64,000 bases of DNA from Eledone cirrhosa (GCA_964016885.1 CAXHJY010001063.1:1-64000), one strand, 5' to 3'. Counted from the stretch's first letter, positions 18,413 to 36,534 are shown. A program made the numbers and translations. Notes: generated by a model from the letters alone, not told the origin.

Positions 18413-19020
18413 GGTTTCGAATCCAACATTCGCTCCAAAAATAGTTGTCCAATAAACAATGTAGACGGTGTCTTCAATGGTTCGAATCTAAGGAAAGAAA
18501 AGAAAAGAAATTTAAAGAAAGAACTATGAAGGGTTCGAATCTAACAGTCGTCTCAGAATAGTAAGTACCATCAAGGGAATGAAAAGTAAGTATCGATAAA
18601 GAATGTCAACAATAAAGTATCATTGAGGGTTCGAATCCAACAGTCGTCTAAGAACGTAGTTACATCAAGGGTCTTAAGTATCAAAAATGTAATAAGAACC
18701 TTCAAGTATGTAAAGAAAGTATCTCAGGTTCGAATCCAACTGTCTTCTAAGAATGTAAAGAAAGTATCAAAGGTTCGAATCTAAGTAAGTCAAGAATGTA
18801 GTAAGAAGTATCAAGGGTTAGAAATCTAAGAGTCAAGTTTAGAATGATGTAGTAAGAAGAATCTAAGGTTCGAATCCTTCAAGAGTTCTAAGTTAAGAAG
18901 GTTCGAATCCAACTGTCATTCAAGAATGTAAGTAAAATTGTGGGTTCTAAGAATCTAAATATTCTCCTTATATATATAGAAACTAAGTTAAGGTTCAAAT
19001 CCAACTGTCTTCCAAGAATG
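18413..19020 (+). repeat. Degenerate tandem array carrying repeated GGTTCGAATC (Pol III B-box-like) motifs
   Basis: Motif at 18479, 18532, 18628, 18727, 18772, 18867 and 18900; variants at 18413, 18992 and 20210. Confidence 0.8.
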
Positions 19021-20289
19021 TAATTAACCTCCATGTAATTAAGATTTCTTCTAATATACTTTCTAAAAAAAATTTCTTCTAATATGTTAATGACACTTCA
19101 AAGCTCTCATTTGCATATTAGATATGTAAATGAAACTTCAAGAATGTAATTAAGATTCTTTCTAATATGTAAATGAACTTGAAACTCATTTGCATACTAG
19201 AAGAAATTTTGAAAAAGAATTCTCTACGGTAGTCAGGGACGGGCCTTGCATTTATGTGCCGGCCCCGAATAGTCCCAGGCCCAGTTAGCAATCGTACGCC
19301 ACTACGAATCGAACGCCAGATAGGGTGACTGGGAGTCCGAGACGCAGTTCGCACGCCACCGCGGAGGCCGCAATTCTAGTGAGTTAATTAGTGGTACTTA
19401 TGGCTACTTTGGAAAAATTTTGATAAAAAAAAAAATTAATATATGCAAACGGAACAAAGGGAAGTAATTCTGGATTCAAATATTTTTTTCATAAGACAAT
19501 TATTAATGCATTGGTGGTGCTGTGAAGACGGGGTTTTCGATGTCTGCCAATAGATTGTTTAGGGAGTTTCATTATGGGGGTTTATCGAAGTTTGATGGTG
19601 ACCCTTTCTACAATTCAGGATCCTTTGATCTACAAGATGTTGCGATAGAGACGCAAGTTAGACATGTCTTTCAACCGCGAGAGGGTAGCCAGCTTTGTTT
19701 ACAGTCGAGCGATAGCCATAGAAGATTATACAGGTTAGACATGTCTTAACCGCTTTTTGGGCGACCTTATGTACGAGCCTTTGGCCCTCTAAGCGAGCGT
19801 TAGCCACAGAGAAGATCTTACAAGCAAGGAGAGGACATTGAGCATTCGAGAGGGGAGGACATTTAACTTGGGTGTTCTCAGTCCTGGAAGGAGACTGAGG
19901 TGTGATACACACACTTCCACTGAAATATGTACTACCTGTACAGTCACCAAAGGAGGCAGGAACGGACATATGTACTGCCTGTACAGTCACAAGAGAAGAA
20001 CAAGACAGTCACCATCGGTTTTTGATTGACAGCCATAACTACACCCCGTAACAACACATATATCACCAGCAACACATTAACAATTTTCTAATGAAAAATA
20101 TATTCACACCTGAATTACTTCCATTTACGCCGTTTACGTATATTATTTTGTCAACAAATAATTAAAAATATAGGGTTCTATGTATCAAGAATGTAAAGTA
20201 AGTATCTAAGGTTCCAATCAACTGTCTTCCAAGAATCTAATTAACCATCAAGGGTTCTAAGTATCAAACATGTAATAAGAACCTTCTAA

Positions 20290-21448
20290 CATTATATTAG
20301 ATGTAACTGTGGGCCGTTATATATATCTACCTCGACATCTCATCAGATATGCGCATTTATAAAACGCCGCACGTAACTTTGTGGTCCGTGAGGGGGAACA
20401 GCTAACACTGTATAACAGGGACGTTAAAAGAGAGGCCCACCCATAGATGTAACTGTGGGATGTAGAGAGCAGCAGCTAACACAATATACTGTATATGAGG
20501 GGCATTAAAAGAGAGAGACAAACAGACCTTATATTAGATGTAACCGCAATATACTGTATATCAGGTGTTAAAAGACAGACCTATTTTAGATATAACTATA
20601 GACCGTATGGAGGGATAGCTATTACAATATACTGTATATCAGGTACGTTAAAAACAGGCCCATCTTTAGATATAACTATAGACCGTATGGAGAGGTAGCT
20701 ATACAATATACTGTATATCAGGTACGTTAAAAACAGGCCCATCTTTAGATATAACTATAGACCGTATGGAGGGATAGCTATTACAATATACTGTATATCA
20801 GGGATGTTAAAAACAGGCCCATCTTTAGATATAACTATAGACCGTATGGAGGGGTAGCTATTACAATATACTGTATATCTGGGACGTTAAAAGACAGACA
20901 CATCTTTACATTAAATGTAATTGTGGGTTGTAAGTATAGACAGACAGACCCAACATTATAGTAGATGTAACAGTGGGCCGTTAAGGGACAAACCCATACT
21001 TAGATGTAACTGCAACCGTAAGGAGAGGCAGCTACCACAATATACTGTATATCAGGAGTGTTAAAAGACAGACCCATTCTTATATTAGATGTAATTGTGG
21101 GATATACAGGGGCTGCTACAACTGTATATATCAGGGACATTAAAAGACAGGTTCACCTTTTTATAAGCTACAACTGTGGGCCGTGTGGAGTGAGGGACAG
21201 ATGTAATTATGGGTCGAATAAAGGGGCAGTTACCACAATACACTGTATATATAATAGAATAAATATGGTTTTACAAATATAGTTTCCATTTATTTAATAT
21301 CATTGAATATTTACTCCAGAAAACTGTCGAGTGCTCTGAATCAGTTATAAACATTTATATTTGTTGTATTTCCAACAAATTAAATATCCCTTTTACTTAC
21401 ACACACACACACATATATATATACATACATACATACACACACACATAC

Positions 21449-21490
<42 letters not shown>

Positions 21491-21850
21491 GTACCTTGAT
21501 TGATTCCAGGTTTAAGGATGTGACTATAGAGAAGGCGGTGAAGTGTGCTATTGACAGATGACCCCAGTTCTTGGGATGTTAAAAAACAGGTCAACCTTTT
21601 ATAAGCCGCAACTGTGGGCCGTGTGGAATGACAGCTAGCACATAATACTGTATATCAGGGACGTTAAAAGGACTAACTTATATTAGATTTGTGGGCCGTA
21701 TCGAGGTATAGCTTCCATAATATATAGTTTATCAGAGACATGAACAGACCCATTTTTTAAATACATGTAACTGGGGGTCGTATGGAGGGAGAGATACCAC
21801 AATATACTATAAGGGACATTAAAAGACAAACACAAGCTTAGATGTAACAG
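20290..21850 (+). repeat. Degenerate ~80-bp minisatellite, homogeneous core 20586-20900
   Basis: Unit TTAGATATAACTATAGACCGTATGGAGGGATAGCTATTACAATATACTGTATATCAGG.ACGTTAAAAACAGGCCCATCT, starts at about 20586, 20666, 20745 and 20825. Confidence 0.9.
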
Positions 21851-22629
21851 CTGCCGTTTCGATATACTAATTCTCTATATTTATCTCCAAATTATTTGTT
21901 GAGCAAAACTTGCCAAAATTTACTGCTGATTCATGGTAGTAGTAGGCTCTTGTCATAATACCACGCCGCTCCTAACTGATTAACCTCAGTGTCACGTGAT
22001 TGATTCTTTAGAATCTGCCACTGACCAGAGGCAGTGAATTTTTTCAGTGCTCCGGAATTTAGTCCTCGCTAGCTTTGTTCCATCCACTGAATTATTATTA
22101 TTTTTATATGGTTCCCAGTGTCCGCGCATCGCCTGGGAACTTAGCTGAGAATAGACTCCCTGATTACGTAAGGTATTCTCTATAGTTATATTGTGTAACT
22201 ATATTTATCCCCTTACAGAAACTAATTAGTTGGAGTGAAAATTTTAGTAAGTTGATTTTTAATTTTTAAAATTTCCTTATTTTACGTCTTTAATATAATT
22301 GTTCTGCATCCCCCTGCATAGAACCACAAAGGTACTAAGACATAACATATATATTTGCTAGCATGGGTGAACATCTGTACACATATGTTGGTAAATATAC
22401 TAATCTCTGTATATATATGTATGTATATATATATGTGTATGTATGTATATGTATGTATATGTATGTATATATATGTATATATATGTATATATGTTTATAT
22501 ATATGTATATATATACATACATATATATATATACATATATATACATGTATATATATATACATGTATATATATATATGTTTATATATATGTATATATATAT
22601 ACATACATATATATATACATGTATATATA

Positions 22630-23215
22630 TGGTGGCTGCCAACTCGTTTTCGAGTACGGCCACTACTTTATATCCATATAGGAGAACCCCTACCGATGCG
22701 CTGAACGAGTGACTTTTTAGTCCAGCCAGCGACTTGAAAACTCTGGTACAAACACTACACTTGTGACAAATATTGACACATAGTGCTGGGCCCATGGTAC
22801 CCTGTGACGACAAGTGCAGAGAGATCTCCAGATATAAAGCAATGCCTGTGCCGTGAAGCTTTTATAGTGAGCAAAGGCACTGCACAAAGCCAGTCCCACT
22901 CTCTTAACCAAGATGATATTTACCAAAAAGAAGAACAAGTCAACATCATTGGATACCATCAGGGTTGCAGGTGTTATATCAGAGTTTTCCATCTCCTAGA
23001 ATTCTGCCTTGACAAAGGCTAAGGGGTCATCTCTCCCGGTGATTTTGGATGGCCATTGACTCTTAAGAGCTCCTTTGCCCTTTGACAGGTTTTGTTTTTA
23101 GTCCTGCAGGATGTCCAAAGTCACCCTCCTCACCAAGAAACCTTGGTGGGGTTGCCAGTTTAGTCGCCAACGACCCGACCATGGGTCAGGTTGTACTGGG
23201 ATACATGTTACCAGT
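22630..23215 (-). mobile_element. Probable decayed LINE 3' end with C2H2 zinc-finger remnant
   Basis: [19 protein letters not shown] resembles the C-terminal finger of some RTE-type ORF2 proteins. The island is flanked by (TA)n. Confidence 0.45.
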
Positions 23216-23402
23216 ATATATACATGTATATATATATACATGTATATATATATACATGTATATACATACATATACATACATATACATACATATATATATA
23301 CATGTATATATACATGTATATACATACATATACATACATATACATGTATATATATACATATGTATATATATATATGTATATATGTATATATATATATGTA
23401 TA

Positions 23403-23455
<53 letters not shown>

Positions 23456-23938
23456 GTATATATATATATGTATATATATATATATGTATATATATATATG
23501 TATATATATATATGTATATATATATATGTATATATATATATGTATATATATATATGTGTATATATATATATGTATATATATATATATGTATATATATATG
23601 TATATATATATGTATATATATATGTATATATATATATATGTATATATATGTATATATATGTATATATATGTATATATATATGTATATATATATGTATATA
23701 TATATATGTATATATATATATGTATATATATATATGTATATATATATATGTATATATATATATGTATATATATGTATATATGTATATATATGTATATATA
23801 TATATGTATATATATGTATGTATATATATGCATATATATATGTATATATATATATGTAAATATATATGTATATATATATGTAAATATATATGTATATATA
23901 TATGTATATATATATATGTATATATGTAAATATATATG

Positions 23939-23970
<32 letters not shown>

Positions 23971-24053
23971 CATATATATATGTATATATATATGTATATA
24001 TATACATATATATATATACATATATATATATACATATATATATATGTATATAT
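23216..24053. repeat. (TA)n/(TATG)n microsatellite
   Basis: Direct reading. Confidence 0.95.
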
Positions 24054-27538
<3,485 letters not shown>

Positions 27539-27543
27539 ATATG

Positions 27544-28848
<1,305 letters not shown>

Positions 28849-29136
28849 AATTACGTAACACATACCAGTACCCTAGACATTCGCCTATTATATCTCTTCT
28901 CTGATTTGGATGAAAATATGAAGTAAAGCCCAGCCTCGCGCCGTATATTGCTTATGTCAGAATCTAGTCAATGATACTTACAGTGAGTGTTCGTTCAGTA
29001 ATTATAAATGAGATTTCTGTCTCTTAGAAGCCATAAACTTATTTCAGAAGTCCATCGAGAATTCTACAGAGTGTTATCTACTTCAGTATTCTGTTTCTAA
29101 AACGCCTGGCAATGATTTCCTGCGACGATTTTTCAA

Positions 29137-29522
29137 AGAGAGAGAGAGAGAGAGAGTCACTGTGAATGAGAGGGTGAGAAAGAAAGCGAGGGGGCGGGTG
29201 AGACACAGAGAAAGAGAGGGGGTGGGGTGAGACACAGAGAATGAGAGGGGGGACACATAGAAATAGAGGGGGGGGGGGCAGAGAAAGAAAGGGGGGTGAG
29301 ACACAGAGAAAGAGAGCGGGGTGAGATAGAGACAGAGAGAGGACGAGAAATAAAGAGAGCGAGAGACAGAGAGAAGGAGAGAAAGAGAGATGGAGAATTG
29401 GGGAGATGGGAAGAAAGAAAGACAGGGAGAGACAGAGAGATGGAGAGAAAGAGAGAAAGAGAGAGAGAGAGAGATAGAAAGAGAGAGAGATAGATAGAGA
29501 GAGAAAGAGATAGAGAGATATA
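29137..29522. repeat. Degenerate (GA)n purine tract
   Basis: Direct reading. Confidence 0.9.
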
Positions 29523-29693
29523 GAATAGTTGAAAGCGAAAGACAGGGTAATCCTTCCTTTGCTTTCTAATAAATCGGCTCAGTTTTTTTCTTTCTATTTG
29601 TTTTCTTGTAACAATTAACAAAATATATAAAAGAAGATTATTCCAGATTCTGGAGTAGTTTTATAGGACATGAATTTCTCTTCAGAAATTATA

Positions 29694-30390
29694 GCATATT
29701 TACTGAATAGATGGCGCTGATGTGGATTGAAACTGCGATTGCAATATTTTAGACATCGCATATTTACTGAAGAGAAATAGATGGCGCTGATGTGGATTGA
29801 AACTGCGATTACAGCATTTTAGACATCGCATATTTACTGAAGAGAAATAGATGGCGCTGATGTGGATTGAAACTGCGATTACAGCATTTTAGACATCGCA
29901 TATTTACTGAAGAGAAATAGATGGCGCTGATGTGGATTGAAACTGCGATTGCAGCATTTTAGACATCGCATATTTACTGAAGAGAAATAGATGGCGCTGA
30001 TGTGGATTGAAACTGCGATTACAGCATTTTAGACATCGCATATTTACTGAAGAGAAATAGATGGCGCTGATGTGGATTGAAACTGCGATTACAGCATTTT
30101 AGACATCGCATATTTACTGAAGAGAAATAGATGGCGCTGATGTGGATTGAAACTGCGATTACAGCATTTTAGACATCGCATATTTACTGAAGAGAAATAG
30201 ATGGCGCTGATGTGGATTGAAACTGCGATTGCAGCATTTTAGACATCGCATATTTACTGAAGAGAAATAGATGGCGCTGGTGTGGATTGAAACTGCGATT
30301 GCAACATTTTAGACATCGCATATTTACTGAAGAGAAATAGATGGCGCTGGTGTGGATTGAAACTGCGATTGCAACATTTTAGACATGCAT
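29694..30390 (+). repeat. 70-bp minisatellite, 10 copies
   Basis: ATGGCG recurs every 70 bp from 29711 to 30341. Confidence 0.97.
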
Positions 30391-30946
30391 ATCTCTTTTC
30401 ATACCACCTTTCTTTCGTTTTATTGCATTTACCACATTGATATTCAGTCGTAGGTTTGTTCTGTATAATGATTTCTGATGAAGGCACAATACCAGCAATT
30501 TCCGGGGAGGGGAAAGTCAATAAATCGACCTCTGTGCGACAAAATCGTTAGGACTATATATGATCTGTTTTCAAATCCCTCCGAAGTTAACGGTTATTTT
30601 TATCCTTTAGAGGTCGATAACTAAAGTACTACTTCAGTAGTAGGATCGATGTTTCCCTGTATTACACTTTATCAATTTCTCCTACGTGTCTTTTTCTCTG
30701 GAAGACGTCAGCTACGTAAAGACCAGAAGATTGATGATTTCTGCAGAGTTTAAATGTTTAATTCACGCTCTATATAAATTCTGGCTCCCCTACGACTTAA
30801 TCCGGAGTTAAAGGTTCAGGCAACTATACAAGTCAGGATCAGAAATGACACCTAAACCAGATGGTGTAATTTAAAAACTCAAAGCAATTTATGTATTCAA
30901 ATGTGAAATGCTGGAATCCAAACACAAAATCGCTATTAATAATAGT

Positions 30947-31219
30947 GGTTTATAACTGAGGCACAAGGCTAGCAATTTGAGGGGAGGGGAAAATCGATTA
31001 AATTGACCCCAGTGTGTGGGTGGTACTTTATTTTATGGACGCCATAAGGATGAAAAGCAAAGCTGACATCGGCGGGATTTGAACTCGGAACGTAAAGAGT
31101 CGTAACTATGCTGCAAAGCATAGTGTCTGGCGCTCTACCGATACTGCCAATCCGAGATTTGAACTCAAAACGTAAGGGGCCGTAACTCTATGCTACAGAG
31201 CATGTCCTACGCTCTACCG
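30947..31219 (-). mobile_element. tRNA-SINE with duplicated head
   Basis: Family motifs; GATTTGAACTC...CTACCGATACTGCCAATCC occurs twice. Confidence 0.88.
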
Positions 31220-31388
31220 ATACTGCCAATCCACCGCCCTACATTAATAATAATAAAAGCTTGAGAAAATCGGGCAAAATTCCAATTTATGTATTGTAAA
31301 TCTATACATTTGTTTATATATTTTAGGTATAGATTACAAGTCTTTTACGTCCTGCATAAATGCTGAGTAAACTACTGCTTAAAGGCTT

Positions 31389-31997
31389 GCCGTCGTTTAG
31401 CGACACGTTATTTCTGACCAGATTGATCTATGACCAAACATTTCCCGTCGTTTAACCACACCTTATTTCTGACCAGATTGATCTATGACCAAACATGTCC
31501 CGTCGTTTAACCATACCTTATTTCTGACCAGATTGATCTATGACCAAACATGTCCCGTCGTTTAACCATACCTTATTTCTGACCAGATTGATCTATGACC
31601 AAACATTTCCCGTCGTTTAACCATACCTTATTTCTGACCAGATTGATCTATGACCAAACATGTCCCGTCGTTTAACCATACCTTATTTCTGACCAGATTG
31701 ATCTATGACCAAACATTTCCCGTCGTTTAACCACACCTTATTTCTGACCAGATTGATCTATGACCAAACATGTCCCGTTGTTTAACCACACCTTATTTCT
31801 GACCAGATTGATCTATGACCAAACATCTTCTGTCGTTTAACCATACCTTATTTCTGACCAGCTTGACCAATGATCAAATATGTTCATAGTTTAGCCACAC
31901 CTTATTTCTGACCAGATTGACCAATAATTAAATATGTTCCGTCGTTTAGCCACAGGTTATTTCTGACCAGATTAACCTGTCATCAAACATGTTCCGT
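31389..31997 (+). repeat. 55-bp minisatellite, ~11 copies
   Basis: Unit CCGTCGTTTAACCATACCTTATTTCTGACCAGATTGATCTATGACCAAACATGTC; period 55. Confidence 0.97.
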
Positions 31998-32041
31998 TCA
32001 GAATCATTCTATGTTTTTTGCGGTATCTCGAAATACATTAA

Positions 32042-32200
32042 AGGCGGTGAATTGTCAGAGTCGTTAGAAATGCGGATAGAATGATCTAAGGTATTCGATC
32101 CAGCTCTCTGCTCTTTGGGTTCAAATCCTGTAGAGATCAACTTTGACTTTTATCATTTCGAGGTCGATAAAAAAAGTACCAGTCTAGTACTGGGGTTGAT
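32042..32200 (+). mobile_element. tRNA-SINE
   Basis: AGGCGGTGAATTGTCAGAGTCGTTAG...GGTTCAAATCC...TTTCGAGGTCGATAAAAAAAGTACCAG. Confidence 0.85.
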
Positions 32201-32837
32201 TCTTCCTCTATATCTCTTTCTCATTTTCCTCTCTCTCACTTTGTATCTTCCCTGGAAGAAATCCGAGAGGGATGGGCTCCGCCATGATATTAAAAAAGAA
32301 CGCCCAAGAAACACCGTATGTCAATACGGTGCTCCTCCAACTCTATCAGGAGTTACCGGACCATACATACATACAGAAATACACTATCAATCAAATTATT
32401 CCATCTTACTCTCAATTATTCACATAGAAAGTTGTATGTTTCTATGTAAGAAGAAGTTTAAAAGGTTAAAGAAAATAAAACAGAAGCTAGCAACAGTATG
32501 TTTCCCGAGTGTATTGATAGAGAAAACAGAAGATCATTTCTTCAAAAGGACATTGAAACTGATCTTCGGCGACATCTAATTATATTCGTCGCAAACGTTT
32601 CTCATGGGCTTTGCACCAAGGAATATTAGTTTTGTTTGAGTAAATACAAATAATTTATATTTCATAAAATGAATAAAATAGGAAATTGGAATAAATATGT
32701 CATTAACCTTTTTCAGTTTTACATTAATGAAAAAAATATATTTTAAAAATCTAATCATGGATATTCAATATACAAAAAAGACATCAAAACTCAGCTGAAG
32801 TAAATATCTATCACATTGAGGACTTGTTACCAGTTAG

Positions 32838-33030
32838 AGTTTCTAATTTAGACATAAGGCCAACAATTTGGGGCGAGGAGAAAGTCGATTAAATCGATGC
32901 CTGTACATTACCAGTACTTTATTCTATCGGTCCTGTAAGGATGAATGGCAAATCAATCCTCAGCAGGATTTGAACTCAGAACGTAAAGTAGGTTTTTGAA
33001 GCGCTACCAATATTACCAATTCACCATCCT
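32838..33030 (-). mobile_element. tRNA-SINE adjoining a tandem array of its own head
   Basis: Family motifs. Confidence 0.85.
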
Positions 33031-33757
33031 AACTCAGAACGTAAAGGGCCGCAACTACATGCCACAAAGTATGTTTTCGAAGCTCTACCGATATTACCAA
33101 TTCACCACCCTAACTCAGAACGTAAAGGGCCGTAACTATATGCCACAAAGTATGTTTTCGAAGCGCTACCGATATTACCAATTAACCACCCTAACTCAGA
33201 ACGTAAAGGGCCGCAACTACATGCCACAAAGTATGTTTCCGAAGCTCTACCGATATTACCAATTCACCACCCTAACTCAGAACGTAAAGGGCCGCAACTA
33301 CATGCCACAAAGTATGTTTCCGAAGCTCTACCGATATTACCAATTCACCACCCTAACTCAGAACGTAAAGGGCCGCAACTACATGCCACAAAGTATGTTT
33401 TCGAAGCTCTACCGATATTACCAATTCACCACCCTAACTCAGAACGTAAAGGGCCGCAACTATATGCCACAAAGTATGTTTCCGAAGCTCTACCGATATT
33501 ACCAATTCACCACCCTAACTCAGAACGTAAAGGGCCTCAACTACATGCCACAAAGTATGTTTCCGAAGCTCTACCGATATTACCAATTCACCACCCTAAC
33601 TCAGAACGTAAAGGGCCGCAACTATATGCCACAAAGTATGTTTTCGAAGCTCTACCGATATTACCAATTCACCACCCTAACTCAGAACGTAAAGGGCCGC
33701 AACTACATGCCACAAAGTATGTTTCCGAAGCTCTACCGATATTACCAATTCACCACC
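33031..33757 (-). repeat. 81-bp tandem array (9 copies) derived from the SINE tRNA-like head
   Basis: AACTCAGAACGTAAAGGGCC recurs every 81 bp. The unit matches the SINE head at 31161-31219 and 34038-34117. Confidence 0.95.
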
Positions 33758-33929
33758 ATAAACGTATTACCGATAATACTACAATATCGATCTGGCTGTC
33801 GTGAGCGAGTCGCATGTAACAAGATGCGATTGTGTCAGATCCAGGCGAGCTGGGTTCAAATCTCACCGACATCAAAGTATATATATAATATATATAATGT
33901 TTTCTTTATTTATATAAATAATAAATATA

Positions 33930-34117
33930 ATTGTTTCTACTTTAGGCACAAGGCCAGCAAATACCCAGTACATTACTGGTACTTTATTTTATCGACCCCG
34001 TAAGGATGAGAGGCAAAGTTAACCTTGGCGGCTTTTGAACTCAGACTGTAAAGGGACGTAACTATGCTAGAAAGCATGGCGTCCAACCCTCTACCGATAC
34101 TGCCAATTCACCGGCCT
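33930..34117 (-). mobile_element. tRNA-SINE
   Basis: Family motifs. Confidence 0.9.
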
Positions 34118-34889
34118 ATATAAATAATATATATCATATAACAATTACATACTACTCCATTCTTCTTCTTCTTCTAAATAAAATTCCAGTATAAGTACAT
34201 CACAGATCTGTTTCCTCTAAAAACCCAAATAGGAAATACCATGAAAAATATTATCCGAAAACGGAGAGAAATGAGTCAAAATGGGGAGATTTTTGCCATT
34301 TTCATAAGAGAAGACATCTCGCACCCGCCCCAAATTTGATAGAAGATCTCCCCGTTGGACGGGGACAATTGACAGGTCTGCATCATCATATGTAGAAATA
34401 CATTTATGGGGTTTTTCTTTGGATCTAATAGAACATGAGTCGGATGTTGAACAGTATATAGATAAAGCCGAACCCACTATAAATATATATATAAAACCAC
34501 AAACCCTCCATCTCAATTCTACTTTTAAAAAGCACAAGAACTGCGAAACCGGTAAAGGAACCAAATAAATATATATATTTTTTAAAAAGACTCCAGTTGC
34601 ATTTTCGATTTCATCTTTTTTCCTCATACTTTCACTCGTGTACGGCAGCTCGTTTTTTTATCTTGTAAAAAAAACCCTCACTTTCTTGTGTGTGTGTGTG
34701 TGTGTCTGTAAGTCCGTGTGCGTGTGTGTGTAAGTTGCGGGTTCAAATCGGAGGTAACCACAGTAAGTATGGTACTCAATATATTAGTAGAGTGTAAACA
34801 TTAAGCTTAATATAGAAATTGATTCTACATGACTAGAATTTTTCATTCAAAAGAAATCATGATTTCTTTTATATATTTTAAATGAAACA

Positions 34890-34926
<37 letters not shown>

Positions 34927-34933
<7 letters not shown>

Positions 34934-35309
34934 TAAAAGGAAAAGAAAATGATGACAAATTGTTCCCAGTGAAAAATAGTTTAATTAGGAATAAGTAAAA
35001 ATTAATAATAGTATTGGTTAGTATTCAGTTATGGTTTTAAGTTTTTACCGGTTGCGCATTTCTAATGCTTTTCAATAATAATTTTGAGATAGAGCGCCCG
35101 TGATGTTTGCTCTAATCTGATTAGAGCAAACATCACGGGCGCTCTATCTCAAAATTATTATTGAAAAGCATTAGAAATGCGCAACCGGTAAAAACTTAAA
35201 ACCATAACTGAATACTAACCAATACTATTATTAATTTTTACTTATTCCTAATTAAACTATTTTTCACTGGGAACAATTTGTCAGCATTTTCTTTTCCTTT
35301 TACTAATAT
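34927..35309. repeat. ~380-bp palindrome with 1-nt spacer (T35118); a single-arm relative lies at 38745-38886
   Basis: ...GCTCTAATC T GATTAGAGC...; arms nearly identical. Confidence 0.95.
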
Positions 35310-35616
35310 ATCATAACTCGTGTGTTACACCTCTATTCTTTTAAATATATATATATATATATATACACTTTTATCTCTATCAAAACACAGCCACGGTATC
35401 TGCTATTAACTAAATGTGTGCACTCTGAACAGCTGATTGCAGCTGCATTACTGCAATTCGGCAGATTAATGGAGTGAGCTAGACGTTGGTCGGAGAACCT
35501 TTACCAAATACCAGTGATCTTCGTTACTTTTATATTATACTAGATCACCCATGACCCGTTGGGTCATGTTCACTTCAAAATATTTTTTAAAAATCATGTT
35601 CACTTAAAAATATGTT

Positions 35617-35676
<60 letters not shown>

Positions 35677-35722
35677 GTGTGTGTGTGGGTGTGTGCGTGT
35701 ATGTATTTGGGTGTCTGTGATC

Positions 35723-36112
35723 TACGAGGGTAATCCCAAAAGTAAGGTCTCCAAAGCGATGGGGACGGAGAGAAACTGTTCGTACGACTGTTGGCAACAC
35801 TGTTATTGGTGCTTCCTTCACTCCCAAACAAGCATGCGCGCGCTTCGCTGGGATGCTCAAACTTGGCAGCCGTTGAGAATGGAACTCCCGTTGAACGCTA
35901 CCCCCAAGTGCGAATTTCGCACAGTTATTATATACGAGGGCAATCCCAAAAGTAAGGTCTCCTTCCGAGGAAAACATGCGTAAAGATCGGCGGATCACTC
36001 TGGATGCTCTCTGTATTTTGGTTCCTGAGGTTTCCCGAAGCACCATCCACAGGATTTTAACGGAAAAGTTGCAATATCGGAAGGAGACCTTACTTTTAAG
36101 ATTGCCCTTTTA
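35723..36112 (+). mobile_element. Internally deleted mariner element / MITE with two left TIRs and one right TIR
   Basis: TACGAGGG.AATCCCAAAAGTAAGGTCTCC at 35723 and 35933, with a diverged reverse complement at 36083-36112. Transposase remnants MELPLNATPKCEFRTVI and EENMRKDRRITLDAL...VSRSTIHRILTEKLQYRK. Confidence 0.85.
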
Positions 36113-36496
36113 TATGCACTCTTCATAGACACATACACACACAGACATATGTATATACACACACACTCATATATATATATATATATATACACACAGAACA
36201 CCACCAGCTCTCTCTTCCATTCTACTTAACTATCTCTCTTTCTCTCTATGTCTCCCTTTCACTCTACTCTCTCACAACCTCTATCGCTTTGTCTCTATCC
36301 TTCTCTCTTTTTGTTTATGAAGGTACCCAGAAACCCCATATCTCGGGAAACGTGGTCCGATTTACGCGAAACTTGTTTTATTCCATTTGTATTCTCATTT
36401 AAGGTTCAACTTCCTTTCGATGTATTATTCCATTATGCGCCCCTTTTGGCTGTATTACATTACAGACAAGCAATCACAGAGTTTTATTAGTATACC

Positions 36497-36534
<38 letters not shown>

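Noticed and set aside
18413-19020. tRNA gene cluster
   Set aside because: Only the T-loop motif is present; no acceptor, D or anticodon arms.
29767-29820. CTGAAGA...GAAAC in the 70-bp satellite as tandem hammerheads
   Set aside because: No convincing stem I or stem II pairing.
29694-33757. CRISPR-like appearance of the 70, 55 and 81 bp arrays
   Set aside because: No unique spacers, no cas genes, and a eukaryotic context.
32996-34003. 335 aa repeat protein
   Set aside because: Antisense reading of an 81-bp SINE-head array, with a non-ATG start.
34217-34627. 136 aa ORF with a hydrophobic segment as a host exon
   Set aside because: No recognisable homology and no supported splice structure; cannot be excluded without RNA-seq.
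35112-35190. CTGATTA...GAAATGCGCA as a hammerhead
   Set aside because: Core mismatched, GAAA not adjacent to a stem II, and no stem I.
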